From Xanthomonas campestris pv. campestris str. ATCC 33913 (lineage in GTDB: Bacteria; Pseudomonadota; Gammaproteobacteria; Xanthomonadales; Xanthomonadaceae), in NCBI RefSeq assembly GCF_000007145.1, contig NC_003902.1, positions 4,496,497 to 4,528,496 on the forward strand: a stretch of 32,000 bases of DNA, read 5' to 3'. Below the pieces are notes generated by a model. That model was not told where the DNA came from. It ran no database searches and was given only the letters and a program-made list of their open reading frames with translations. The position numbers were made by a program, and so were the translations under genes. Numbering within the stretch: the first letter of the stretch is position 1; the number at the start of each line of letters is the position of its first letter. Below are positions 1-10,416 of the stretch, piece after piece.

Positions 1-1949
<1,949 letters not shown>

Positions 1950-2005
1950 CTATCGATGCAGGTGTAACGAAATGCAAACGCTGCCGCGCAGACGCACACA
2001 GCCAC

Positions 2006-2035
2006 AAAAAAAGGCGCGACCTTGCGATCGCGCCT
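2006..2035 (-). terminator. Rho-independent terminator downstream of the lipoprotein gene
   Basis: 8-bp perfect stem AGGCGCGA (2012-2019) / TCGCGCCT (2028-2035) with an 8-nt loop. It is preceded on the plus strand by A7 (2006-2012), which is a U-tract after the hairpin on the minus-strand transcript. It lies 87 nt after the stop at 2122. Confidence 0.7.
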
Positions 2036-2121
2036 CAGGTCCCACGCTGCGGGAGAGAGTCGCAGCATGGGTGAGCTTGATTGACACCTGCGCGCGTACT
2101 GGCCGCGCAGCACGCTGCGGC

Positions 2122-2682
2122 TTATTTCACGGTGAAGGTCTGCGGGCTGCCGGCCGGCTTGCCGTCGACCATGACCTGCGCGGTGTAGCTACCGGCCGGC
2201 CAGCCATCGGGCTTGCTGAAGCTCAGGTTGGTGGTTTCGGCGCCGGTGGTGGTCAGTGTCGCGTTCTGCTCGCCCGCCACCTGCCCGTCCTCGAAGGTCA
2301 GCTTGGCCGAGACCGGCACATTGCTGGCGCTGCCATCGGTCTTCACCGAAACGATGATGGTGTCCTTGTTGCCCAGTGTGGTGGCCGGCGTCACGCTCTT
2401 GTCGGCGCCCGCCTTGTTCCCCACTGCCACGCTGGACACCGTGACCGCCGCGCCACTGGCTGCGGCCGTATCAGTGCTGGCGGCGCCGGTGGCAGTGCCC
2501 TGCGCGGCCTGGTCACCGGCCGGCGGTGTGCTCGCGGGGCCTGGAATGTCGGAGGTTGCGGCGCCGGAGGTTGGATCCTGCGACACGCTGGAATCGTCAT
2601 GGGCTTCCTTGCGACAGCCGGACAGTGCCAGAACGCCGGCAAGTGCGAGGACCAAGGTGCTGGATGCAGATTTGCTACGCAT
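2122..2682 (-). CDS. Lipoprotein of unknown function (Ala/Thr/Ser-rich linker plus beta-rich C-terminal domain)
   Basis: ORF 2122..2697. Preferred start is the Met at 2682 (MRSKSASSTLVLALAGVLALSGC), giving a signal peptide with lipobox LSGC. Terminator downstream. Confidence 0.7.
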   Translation of the reverse strand: MRSKSASSTLVLALAGVLALSGCRKEAHDDSSVSQDPTSGAATSDIPGPASTPPAGDQAAQGTATGAASTDTAAASGAAVTVSSVAVGNKAGADKSVTPATTLGNKDTIIVSVKTDGSASNVPVSAKLTFEDGQVAGEQNATLTTTGAETTNLSFSKPDGWPAGSYTAQVMVDGKPAGSPQTFTVK

Positions 2683-2753
2683 GGGATCGATCTCCAAGAG
2701 TCACGGTAAGGGTGTGTGCAACAGGCCGCGGCAATGCGCAGGTAGCGTGGTGG

Positions 2754-3050
2754 CTACGCTTTCGGCGGTAAACGCAACACCTGGCCCGGAAAAATCGTGT
2801 CGGGATCTTTCAGCGTGTCGCGGTTGGCTTCGAAGATGCGTGGCCACGAGTTGCCGTCGCCGTAATGGCGCTTGGCGATCACCGACAGGCTGTCGCCTGC
2901 CTGCACGGTCACCGACTCGTCGCCGATGATTTGCGCGGTGCTTTCCACGCTGGAACGTACATTGGAAAAATCCGGCGATGGCACGACCTCCGCGGTGCTG
3001 TCGACCGTGGACGTGACATTGGAAAAATCTGCTTTCTTGTCGACATTCAT
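2754..3050 (-). CDS. LysM peptidoglycan-binding domain protein (98 aa)
   Basis: The C-terminus VTVQAGDSLSVIAKRHYGDGNSWPRIFEANRDTLKDPDTIFPGQVLRLP is a canonical LysM motif. The N-terminus contains a tandem 17-aa repeat (ADFSNVTSTVDSTAEVV / PDFSNVRSSVESTAQII). Confidence 0.8.
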   Translation of the reverse strand: MNVDKKADFSNVTSTVDSTAEVVPSPDFSNVRSSVESTAQIIGDESVTVQAGDSLSVIAKRHYGDGNSWPRIFEANRDTLKDPDTIFPGQVLRLPPKA

Positions 3051-3154
3051 TGCCGCGCTCCCTGTCCATCACGATGATGCGCAGGGTGCGCGGAGCGCCG
3101 TTAAGTGCTGATCGCGCCGCCGTGAAGCCGGCGCGAGTACCCACAATGTGCGCC

Positions 3155-3970
3155 TTACTGGCGCAGATCGCGGAAGATCGATAGCGGCGTGGGCATCTGC
3201 GGCGAGGTGCGCACCGGATTGATGTCGAGTCCGCCACGGCGGGTATAGCGTGCTTCCACCACCAACCATTGCGGCGCGCAACGCACCAGCAGGTCCTGAA
3301 AAATGCGCTCCACGCATTGTTCGTGGAAATCGGCGTGGTCGCGGAAGCTGACCAGATAACGCAGCAATCCTTCGCGATCGATCGGCGCGCCGCGGTAGCG
3401 CAGCGTGACGCTGGCCCAATCCGGTTGCCCGGTGACCGGGCAGTTGGACTTGAGCAATGCAGAGGCCAGCACTTCCTCCACCACCGTGCCTGCATGGGTG
3501 GCCAGATAGTCGGCCTTGGGCGGGCCGTAATCGTCGATGGCGATGTCCAGTGCGTCGATCGATTCGCCCTCGCCCACCGCATCGATCGGCGGCAATCCGA
3601 ATTCCACCGACACATCGGCACCGGCACGTGTGGACAGATCGGTGGCGATGCGTGCACGTACGGCTTCGGCGCTGTTGAAGCGGGTGGCGTTGAGCGAGTT
3701 CAGATACAGCTTGAGCGACTTGGATTCGATCAACGCCGGCGACTCGCACGGCACGTGCAAGGTGGCGGTGGCCACGCATGGTTTGCCGTGCGCATCCAGC
3801 CAGCTCAGTTCGTAGGCATGCCAGCGATCGCGGCCGACAAATGGCAGCGCTCCGCGCAGGCCGATGGCCGCGCGCCCGGCTGCACGCGGGATCGGAAACA
3901 GCAGTGACGGGTCGTAGCCGCTCGGGTAGGCGACTTCGCGACCGAGGGAAGAGTCTTCTGGGGTATTCAT
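3155..3970 (-). CDS. queF: NADPH-dependent 7-cyano-7-deazaguanine (preQ0) reductase, two-domain type
   Basis: 271 aa. Long collinear similarity to E. coli QueF as I recall it: ...YELSWL..., [75 protein letters not shown]. Confidence 0.92.
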   Translation of the reverse strand: MNTPEDSSLGREVAYPSGYDPSLLFPIPRAAGRAAIGLRGALPFVGRDRWHAYELSWLDAHGKPCVATATLHVPCESPALIESKSLKLYLNSLNATRFNSAEAVRARIATDLSTRAGADVSVEFGLPPIDAVGEGESIDALDIAIDDYGPPKADYLATHAGTVVEEVLASALLKSNCPVTGQPDWASVTLRYRGAPIDREGLLRYLVSFRDHADFHEQCVERIFQDLLVRCAPQWLVVEARYTRRGGLDINPVRTSPQMPTPLSIFRDLRQ

Positions 3971-4090
3971 GCCGCCATTTTAGGGCGGCCGGGCTGGCCG
4001 TGAGGTGTATGGCGACGCGGGCGCAATCACCTGGATCGCCGCGGCGATCGGGCCGCGTCACGCGGCCCGTCGCCTAGCGGCACGTCCCCT

Positions 4091-4125
4091 GAAAACCGGG
4101 AATCGCCCAACCGCAGCCGATTCCC
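4091..4125 (-). terminator. Candidate rho-independent terminator of the amidohydrolase gene, built from a GGGAATCG/CGATTCCC repeat
   Basis: 8-bp stem GGGAATCG (4098-4105) / CGATTCCC (4118-4125) with a 12-nt loop. On the minus strand it is followed by GGTTTTC (plus-strand A4 at 4092-4095). It lies 20 nt after the stop at 4145. A second GC hairpin, GGGCCGCG-TCA-CGCGGCCC, is at 4050-4068. Confidence 0.5.
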
Positions 4126-4144
4126 GCTTCCCGCTTCTCCAGCC

Positions 4145-5449
4145 TCAGCCCTGCTGCAGATAATCCAGCGACACCTGCAACAGCGCACGCAGGCCGACAT
4201 CCAGCGCCGATTCGTCCAGCAGGAACTGCGGCGAGTGGTTGCTGGGCGCGGTGGCCGGGTCGATGCCCTTGGCGGTGGAGCCGACGAAGAAGAACATCGA
4301 CGGTACCTGCTGGGCGTAGAACGAGAAATCTTCCGCGCCCATCTGCAACGGCGGCTCGTAGACGTTGTCTGCGCCCACCACGGCCTGCAGGCTGGGTAGC
4401 ATCTTGGCCGTCAGGGCCGGGTCGTTGACGGTGGCCGGGTTGCCGTCCTGGTCGGGCACCTGCGCCTCGACCTTGGCGCCATGCGCGGCGGCGGTGTGTT
4501 CGGCCACGGTCTTGAGGTCGGCAAAGATCTGCTGGCGCATGCCTTCGTCGAAGGTGCGGATGGTGCCCACCATCTCCACGTCGTCGGGGATGATGTTGTA
4601 GCGGATACCGCCCTTGATCGCGCCGAAGCTGACCACCGCCGGCTGCTTGGACAGATTGGCGCGGCGGCTGACCACGGTCTGCGCGGTGCCGATCATGTCG
4701 GCGCTGGCCACGATCGGGTCGATGCCGTTCCACGGTGCCGAGCCGTGGGTCTGGCGGCCGATCATCTTGATCGCAAACCGGTCCGAGGCCGCCATCAGCG
4801 GGCCGCCGCGCACCGCGATCTTGCCGGCCTGCACGCTGGAGAACACGTGCAGGCCAAACACCGCCTGCGGCTTGAAGTCGGCAAACAGGCCTTCTTTGAG
4901 CATCAACGAGGCGCCGCCTTCTTCATTGCCCGGCGCGCCTTCCTCGGAGGGTTGGAAGATCAGCATCACCTCGCCCGGCAACTGTTCGCGCATGCCGACC
5001 AGGGCCTCGGCCACGCCGAGCAGGATGGCGGTGTGGGCGTCGTGGCCGCAGGCGTGCATCACCCCCACGGTCTCGCCGCGGTATTGAGAGGTGGCCTTGG
5101 AGGCGAACGGCAGACCGGTCTGTTCGGTCACCGGCAGCGCGTCCATGTCCGCGCGCAGGGCGATCTTCGGGCCGGGCTTGCCGCCCTTGATGATGGCCAC
5201 CACGCCGTGATGGGCGATGCCGGTGCGCGGCTTCAGGCCCAGCTTGCGCAACTGCGCGGCCACGGTGGCGGCGGTGCGCTCCTCGCGGTTGGACAACTCC
5301 GGGTGCTGGTGGAAGTCGCGGCGCCACTGCACCACCTTGGCCTGCAAGGGCGCCGCAGCCGCCTGGACTTCGGGCCGGGGCGCGGCCTGGGCGGCGGCAA
5401 GCGTGGGCAGGGCAAGCAGCAGGGCGCTGCTGAGCAGGCGATGGCGCAT
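4145..5449 (-). CDS. Secreted M20D-family amidohydrolase (hippurate hydrolase / N-acyl-amino acid amidohydrolase-like)
   Basis: 434 aa. N-terminal signal peptide MRHRLLSSALLLALPTLAAAQA. M20D signatures are HQHPELS, RADMDALP, MHACGHDAHTA and SEEG. Confidence 0.85.
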   Translation of the reverse strand: MRHRLLSSALLLALPTLAAAQAAPRPEVQAAAAPLQAKVVQWRRDFHQHPELSNREERTAATVAAQLRKLGLKPRTGIAHHGVVAIIKGGKPGPKIALRADMDALPVTEQTGLPFASKATSQYRGETVGVMHACGHDAHTAILLGVAEALVGMREQLPGEVMLIFQPSEEGAPGNEEGGASLMLKEGLFADFKPQAVFGLHVFSSVQAGKIAVRGGPLMAASDRFAIKMIGRQTHGSAPWNGIDPIVASADMIGTAQTVVSRRANLSKQPAVVSFGAIKGGIRYNIIPDDVEMVGTIRTFDEGMRQQIFADLKTVAEHTAAAHGAKVEAQVPDQDGNPATVNDPALTAKMLPSLQAVVGADNVYEPPLQMGAEDFSFYAQQVPSMFFFVGSTAKGIDPATAPSNHSPQFLLDESALDVGLRALLQVSLDYLQQG

Positions 5450-5708
5450 TGAACATTCTCCAATCGGGATGCCTCACTGTAGTGCACCGGCGCCGCGCCC
5501 GGGCCACAGTGGGGTGCGATTCAGCCCCGCGGTCAACCGCAACGACCGTGGCGCGTTGCCGCAGCACCACGCCAGTGAATCGGCCTGTCGCGCAGGGGGG
5601 TGGCCCGTTACTTCAGTAACGTTCCAACCTGCGAGCGCGACGATATGCTTTGCTCAGCCGCCCCCACGGACGCACCTACGCGCCCGGCCCGCCATCAGGA
5701 GTTGTCGA

Positions 5709-6947
5709 ATGTCGCGTTTCTGGAAGATCTCACTGCTGGTCGTGGCGGTGCTCGTCGTTGTGTTCGTTGCAATGCGCATGATGGGCGGGGGCCAGCAGGG
5801 CAAGCGGCCAGGGGCGCCGGATGGCAATGGCACCGAAAACAGCGGCCCGGTGCCGGTGACTGTGGTGCCCGCCGCCACCCAGGACGTGCCGGTGTACGCC
5901 ACCGCGCTGGGCACGGTGACCGCGCTCAACACGGTGACGGTGAACCCGCAGGTGTCCGGCCAGCTGATGAGCCTGAATTTCCAGGAAGGCCAGGAAGTGA
6001 AGAAGGGCGCTTTGCTGGCGCAGATCGACCCGCGCACGCTGCAAGCCAGCTACGACCAGGCGCTGGCCGCCAAGCGCCAGAACCAGGCGCTGCTGGCCAC
6101 CGCGCGGGTGAACTACCAGCGCTCCAATGACCCGGCCTACAAGCAGTACGTGTCGCGCACCGACCTGGACACCCAGCGCAACCAGGTGGCGCAGTACGAG
6201 GCCGCCGTGGCCGCCAACGATGCACAGATGCGCTCGGCGCAGGTGCAGTTGCAGTTCACCCGGGTCACCGCGCCGATCGACGGCATTGCCGGTATCCGCG
6301 GCGTGGACGTGGGCAATATCGTCAGCACCACCTCCACCATCGTCACCCTGACCCAGATCCGCCCGATCTACGTGTCCTTCAGCCTGCCCGAGCGCGAGCT
6401 GCCGGCAGTGCGCAGCGGCCAGGCCGCCACCCCGTTGCCGGTGGCCGCGCTGGACCGTGGCGATGCGCATGTGATCAGTGCCGACGGCAAGCTCGATGTG
6501 ATCGACAATCGCATCGCCGCCGATAGCGGTACCTTTGGTGCGCGCGCGATCTTCGGCAATGCCGACAACGCGCTGTGGCCGGGCCAGTTCGTCAACGTGC
6601 GGCTGCAGCTGCGCACCATCTCCGGCGGCACCGTGGTGCCGACCCAGGCCGTGCAGCGCGGCCCGGATGGCGATTACGTGTACGTGGTGGGCAGCGACAG
6701 CACCGCGCAGATGCGCACCGTGGTACAGGGCGTGGAGGTGGACGACAGCCACGTGCAGATCACCAAGGGCCTCAAGCCCGGCGAACGCGTGGTGACCGAA
6801 GGCCAGTTCCGGCTCAAGCCGGGCAGCAAGGTCAGCGCGCTCAAGCCGGGCGAAACCCCGCCCGAGCCCACCGAAGCCGAGCTCAAGGCGGCGCAGGACA
6901 AGAGCCGCGGCAGTGCCGGCGGCCGGCGTGGCGGCGGCCCGCGCTAA
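5709..6947 (+). CDS. mdtA: RND efflux periplasmic adaptor (membrane fusion protein), MdtA/MuxA type
   Basis: Within ORF 5217..6947. The in-frame ATG at 5709 gives MSRFWKISLLVVAVLVVVFVAM (membrane anchor). This is followed by typical MFP motifs (GTVTALNTVTV.PQVSGQL, F.EGQ.VKKG.LLAQIDPR, coiled-coil region, TAPIDG..G). The upstream part of the ORF is an Arg/Ala-rich GC artefact. Confidence 0.9.
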   Translation: MSRFWKISLLVVAVLVVVFVAMRMMGGGQQGKRPGAPDGNGTENSGPVPVTVVPAATQDVPVYATALGTVTALNTVTVNPQVSGQLMSLNFQEGQEVKKGALLAQIDPRTLQASYDQALAAKRQNQALLATARVNYQRSNDPAYKQYVSRTDLDTQRNQVAQYEAAVAANDAQMRSAQVQLQFTRVTAPIDGIAGIRGVDVGNIVSTTSTIVTLTQIRPIYVSFSLPERELPAVRSGQAATPLPVAALDRGDAHVISADGKLDVIDNRIAADSGTFGARAIFGNADNALWPGQFVNVRLQLRTISGGTVVPTQAVQRGPDGDYVYVVGSDSTAQMRTVVQGVEVDDSHVQITKGLKPGERVVTEGQFRLKPGSKVSALKPGETPPEPTEAELKAAQDKSRGSAGGRRGGGPR

Positions 6948-7040
6948 CTCGCGACCACAGGCAACGGTATTCCCGTTGCCTGTGTGCGTCGGCGCCATCC
7001 GCGCCGGCATCGATTGACGTCTTCAGCAAGGACACCCCCC

Positions 7041-10000
7041 GTGGGCTTTTCGACCATCTTCATCCGCCGTCCGATCGCCACCTCGCTGTTGATGGCGGGC
7101 ATCCTGCTGCTGGGCATCCTGGGCTACCGGCAACTGCCGGTCTCGGCACTGCCGGAAATCGACGCGCCCAGTCTGGTCGTCTCCACCCAGTATCCCGGCG
7201 CCAACGCGACCACCATGGCCTCGCTGGTGACTACGCCGTTGGAACGCCAGCTCGGGCAAATCTCCGGGCTACAGATGATGACCTCCGATTCGTCGGCAGG
7301 CCTGTCCACGATCATTCTGCAATTCTCGATGGACCGCGACATCGACATTGCCGCGCAGGACGTGCAGGCGGCGATCCGCCAGGCCACCCTGCCCTCGTCG
7401 TTGCCCTACCAGCCGGTCTACAACCGGGTGAATCCCGCAGACGCGGCGATCCTCACGCTCAAGCTCACCTCCGACACGCTGCCGCTGCGCGAGGTCAACC
7501 GCTACGCCGATGCGATCCTGGCCCAGCGCCTGTCGCAGGTGCCGGGCGTGGGCCTGGTGTCGATCGCCGGCAACGTGCGGCCTGCGGTGCGCATCCAGGT
7601 CAATCCGGCGCAGTTGTCGAACATGGGCCTGACCATGGAGTCGCTGCGCAGCGCACTGACCCAGACCAATGTCAGCGCGCCGAAGGGCTCGCTCAACGGC
7701 AAGACCCAGTCCTACAGCATCGGCACCAACGACCAGCTCACCGACGCGGCGCAGTACCGCGAAACCATCATCAGCTACAACAACGGCGCGCCGGTGCGGC
7801 TGGCCGATGTGGCCAAGGTGGTCGATGGCGTAGAGAACGACCAACTTGCCGCCTGGGCCGACGGCAAGCCGGCGGTGCTGCTGGAAATCCGCCGCCAGCC
7901 CGGTGCCAACATCGTGCAGACGGTGGAGCAGATCCGCAGCATCCTGCCGCAGCTGCAGGGCGTGCTGCCGGCCGACGTGCACCTGGACGTGTTCTCCGAC
8001 CGCACCGAAACCATCCGCGCCTCGGTGCATGAAGTGAAGTTCACCCTGGTGCTGACCATCTTCCTGGTGGTGGCGGTGATCTTCGTGTTCCTGCGCCGGC
8101 TGTGGGCCACCATCATTCCCTCGGTGGCGGTGCCGCTGTCGCTGGCCGGCACCTTCGGGGTGATGGCGTTTGCGGGCATGTCGCTGGACAACCTGTCGCT
8201 GATGGCGCTGGTGGTGGCGACCGGATTCGTGGTCGACGATGCGATCGTGATGATCGAAAACATCGTGCGCTACATCGAACAGGGCAAGAGCGGGCCGGAG
8301 GCAGCAGAGATCGGTGCGCGCCAGATCGGCTTCACCGTGTTGTCGCTGACCGTCTCGCTGGTGGCGGTGTTCCTGCCGCTGCTGCTGATGCCCGGGGTCA
8401 CCGGGCGGCTGTTCCACGAGTTTGCGTGGGTGCTGTCGATCGCGGTGGTGATCTCGATGCTGGTGTCGCTGACGCTGACGCCGATGATGTGCGCCTACCT
8501 GCTCAAGCCCGACGCGTTGCCCGAAGGCGAAGACGCGCACGAGCGCGCGGCCGCTGAAGGCAAGACCAACCTATGGACGCGCACCGTGGGTGTGTACGAG
8601 CGCTCGCTGGACTGGGTGCTCGACCACCAGCCGCTGACCCTGGCCGTGGCGATTGGCGCGGTGGCCTTGACCGTGGTGCTGTACGTGGCCATCCCCAAGG
8701 GCCTGCTGCCCGAACAGGACACCGGCCTGATCACCGGCGTGGTGCAGGTCGATCAGAACGTGGCCTTCCCGCAGATGGAGCAGCGCACCCAGGCGGTTGC
8801 CGCCGCGCTGCGCAAGGACCCGGCGGTGACCGGCGTGGCCGCCTTTATCGGCGCAGGTTCGATGAACCCCACGCTCAACCAGGGCCAGCTGTCGATCGTG
8901 CTGAAGACGCGCGGCGACCGCGACGATCTGGAAACCGTGGTGGCGCGCCTGCAAAAAGCGGTGTCCGGTATTCCCGGCGTGGCGCTGTTCCTCAAGCCGG
9001 TGCAGGACGTCACCCTGGACACGCGCGTGGCCGCCACCGAATACCAGTATTCGATGGCGGACGTGGACAGCACCGAGCTGGCATCCTGGGCCACGCGCAT
9101 GACCGAGGCGATGCGCAAGCTGCCAGAGCTGGCCGACGTGGACAACAACCTGGCCAACCAGGGCCGCGCGCTGGAGCTCAGCATCGACCGCGACAAGGCC
9201 AGCATGCTGGGCGTGCCGATGCAGACCATCGACGACACGCTCTACGACGCCTTCGGCCAGCGCCAGATCTCCACCATCTTCACCGAGCTCAATCAGTACC
9301 GCGTGGTGCTGGAAGTGGCGCCGGAATTCCGCAGCAGCACTGCGTTGATGAACCAGCTGGCCGTGGCCAGCAACGGCAGCGGCGCGCTGACCGGCACCAA
9401 TGCCACCAGCTTCGGCCAGGTGACCTCGTCCAACTCGTCCACCGCCACCGGCGTGGGCAACCAGAACACCGGCATCGTGGTCGGCGCCGGCAGCATCATT
9501 CCGCTGGCCGCGCTGGCCGAGGCCAAGGTCACCAACACGCCGTTGGTGGTCAGCCATCAGCAGCAGCTGCCGGCGGTGACCATCTCCTTCAACCTGGCGC
9601 CCGGGCATTCGCTCTCGCAGGCCGTGGCGGCGATCGAACAGGCGCGCGCAGACCTCAAGATTCCCACCCAGGTGCATGCCGAATTCGTCGGCAAGGCCGC
9701 CGAATTCACCGGCAGCCAGACCGACATCGTGTGGTTGCTGCTGGCCTCCATCGTGGTGATCTACATCGTGCTGGGCGTGCTCTACGAGAGCTACATCCAC
9801 CCGCTGACGATCATCTCCACGCTGCCGCCGGCCGGTGTCGGTGCGTTGCTGGCGTTGATGGTGTGCGGGCTGAGCCTGTCGGTGGACGGCATCGTCGGCA
9901 TCGTGCTGCTGATCGGCATCGTCAAGAAAAACGCGATCATGATGATCGACTTCGCGATCGAAGCCCGCCGTACCGGCGTCAACGCGCACGAAGCGATTCG

Positions 10001-10289
10001 GCGCGCCTGCCTGCTGCGGTTCCGCCCAATCATGATGACCACCGCCGCCGCGATGCTGGGCGCGCTGCCGCTGGCGCTGGGCACCGGCATCGGTTCGGAA
10101 TTGCGCCGCCCGCTGGGCATCGCCATCGTTGGCGGCCTGCTGCTCTCGCAGCTGGTCACGCTGTACACCACCCCGGTGATCTATCTGTACATGGAACGCG
10201 CCGGCGAGCGCGTGCGCGATTGGCGTGCACGGCGTGCCGCACGCCGCGATGGCGTGCCTCCGGCATCCACGACGGAGCGCCCGGCATGA
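7041..10289 (+). CDS. mdtB: RND multidrug efflux permease subunit, MdtB/MuxB type
   Basis: Within ORF 6984..10289. The GTG at 7041, preceded by AAGGA, gives VGFSTIFIRRPIATSLLMAG..LPVSALPE, collinear with the E. coli MdtB N-terminus. Conserved RND motifs run throughout (ATGFVVDDAIVMIENI, GIVKKNAIMMIDFA, RFRPIMMTT). Confidence 0.92.
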   Translation: MGFSTIFIRRPIATSLLMAGILLLGILGYRQLPVSALPEIDAPSLVVSTQYPGANATTMASLVTTPLERQLGQISGLQMMTSDSSAGLSTIILQFSMDRDIDIAAQDVQAAIRQATLPSSLPYQPVYNRVNPADAAILTLKLTSDTLPLREVNRYADAILAQRLSQVPGVGLVSIAGNVRPAVRIQVNPAQLSNMGLTMESLRSALTQTNVSAPKGSLNGKTQSYSIGTNDQLTDAAQYRETIISYNNGAPVRLADVAKVVDGVENDQLAAWADGKPAVLLEIRRQPGANIVQTVEQIRSILPQLQGVLPADVHLDVFSDRTETIRASVHEVKFTLVLTIFLVVAVIFVFLRRLWATIIPSVAVPLSLAGTFGVMAFAGMSLDNLSLMALVVATGFVVDDAIVMIENIVRYIEQGKSGPEAAEIGARQIGFTVLSLTVSLVAVFLPLLLMPGVTGRLFHEFAWVLSIAVVISMLVSLTLTPMMCAYLLKPDALPEGEDAHERAAAEGKTNLWTRTVGVYERSLDWVLDHQPLTLAVAIGAVALTVVLYVAIPKGLLPEQDTGLITGVVQVDQNVAFPQMEQRTQAVAAALRKDPAVTGVAAFIGAGSMNPTLNQGQLSIVLKTRGDRDDLETVVARLQKAVSGIPGVALFLKPVQDVTLDTRVAATEYQYSMADVDSTELASWATRMTEAMRKLPELADVDNNLANQGRALELSIDRDKASMLGVPMQTIDDTLYDAFGQRQISTIFTELNQYRVVLEVAPEFRSSTALMNQLAVASNGSGALTGTNATSFGQVTSSNSSTATGVGNQNTGIVVGAGSIIPLAALAEAKVTNTPLVVSHQQQLPAVTISFNLAPGHSLSQAVAAIEQARADLKIPTQVHAEFVGKAAEFTGSQTDIVWLLLASIVVIYIVLGVLYESYIHPLTIISTLPPAGVGALLALMVCGLSLSVDGIVGIVLLIGIVKKNAIMMIDFAIEARRTGVNAHEAIRRACLLRFRPIMMTTAAAMLGALPLALGTGIGSELRRPLGIAIVGGLLLSQLVTLYTTPVIYLYMERAGERVRDWRARRAARRDGVPPASTTERPA

Positions 10290-10326
10290 CGGCCGTTGGC
10301 GTCATCGCTGTTCGGTCTTCCGGCTT

Positions 10327-10404
10327 GCTGCCACGCCTGCGCGCACGCAGGCATGGCAGCCGCGTGGGCGTTTGCCCACTCCCGATTCCCGATTCCCAAT
10401 TCCC
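10327..10404. repeat. Structured intergenic spacer: two hairpins followed by three tandem heptamers (GATTCCC GATTCCC AATTCCC)
   Basis: Hairpin 1: GCTGCCACGCCTGCG (10327-10341) / CGCAGGCATGGCAGC (10346-10360), 15 bp with one mismatch and a 4-nt loop. Hairpin 2: GTGGGC-GTTT-GCCCAC (10364-10379). Heptamer run at 10380-10404, ending 12 nt before the mdtC ATG. The same GGGAATCG/CGATTCCC plus GCTTCCC GCTTCTCC motif recurs at 4098-4140. Confidence 0.6.
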
Positions 10405-10416
10405 GGCGCCACAGCC

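Noticed and set aside
3971-4144. Possible preQ1 riboswitch or other leader upstream of queF
   Set aside because: The region contains only GC hairpins and the GGGAATCG repeat, which is better explained as the terminator of the upstream amidohydrolase gene. I saw no preQ1-like compact stem-loop with an A-rich tail.
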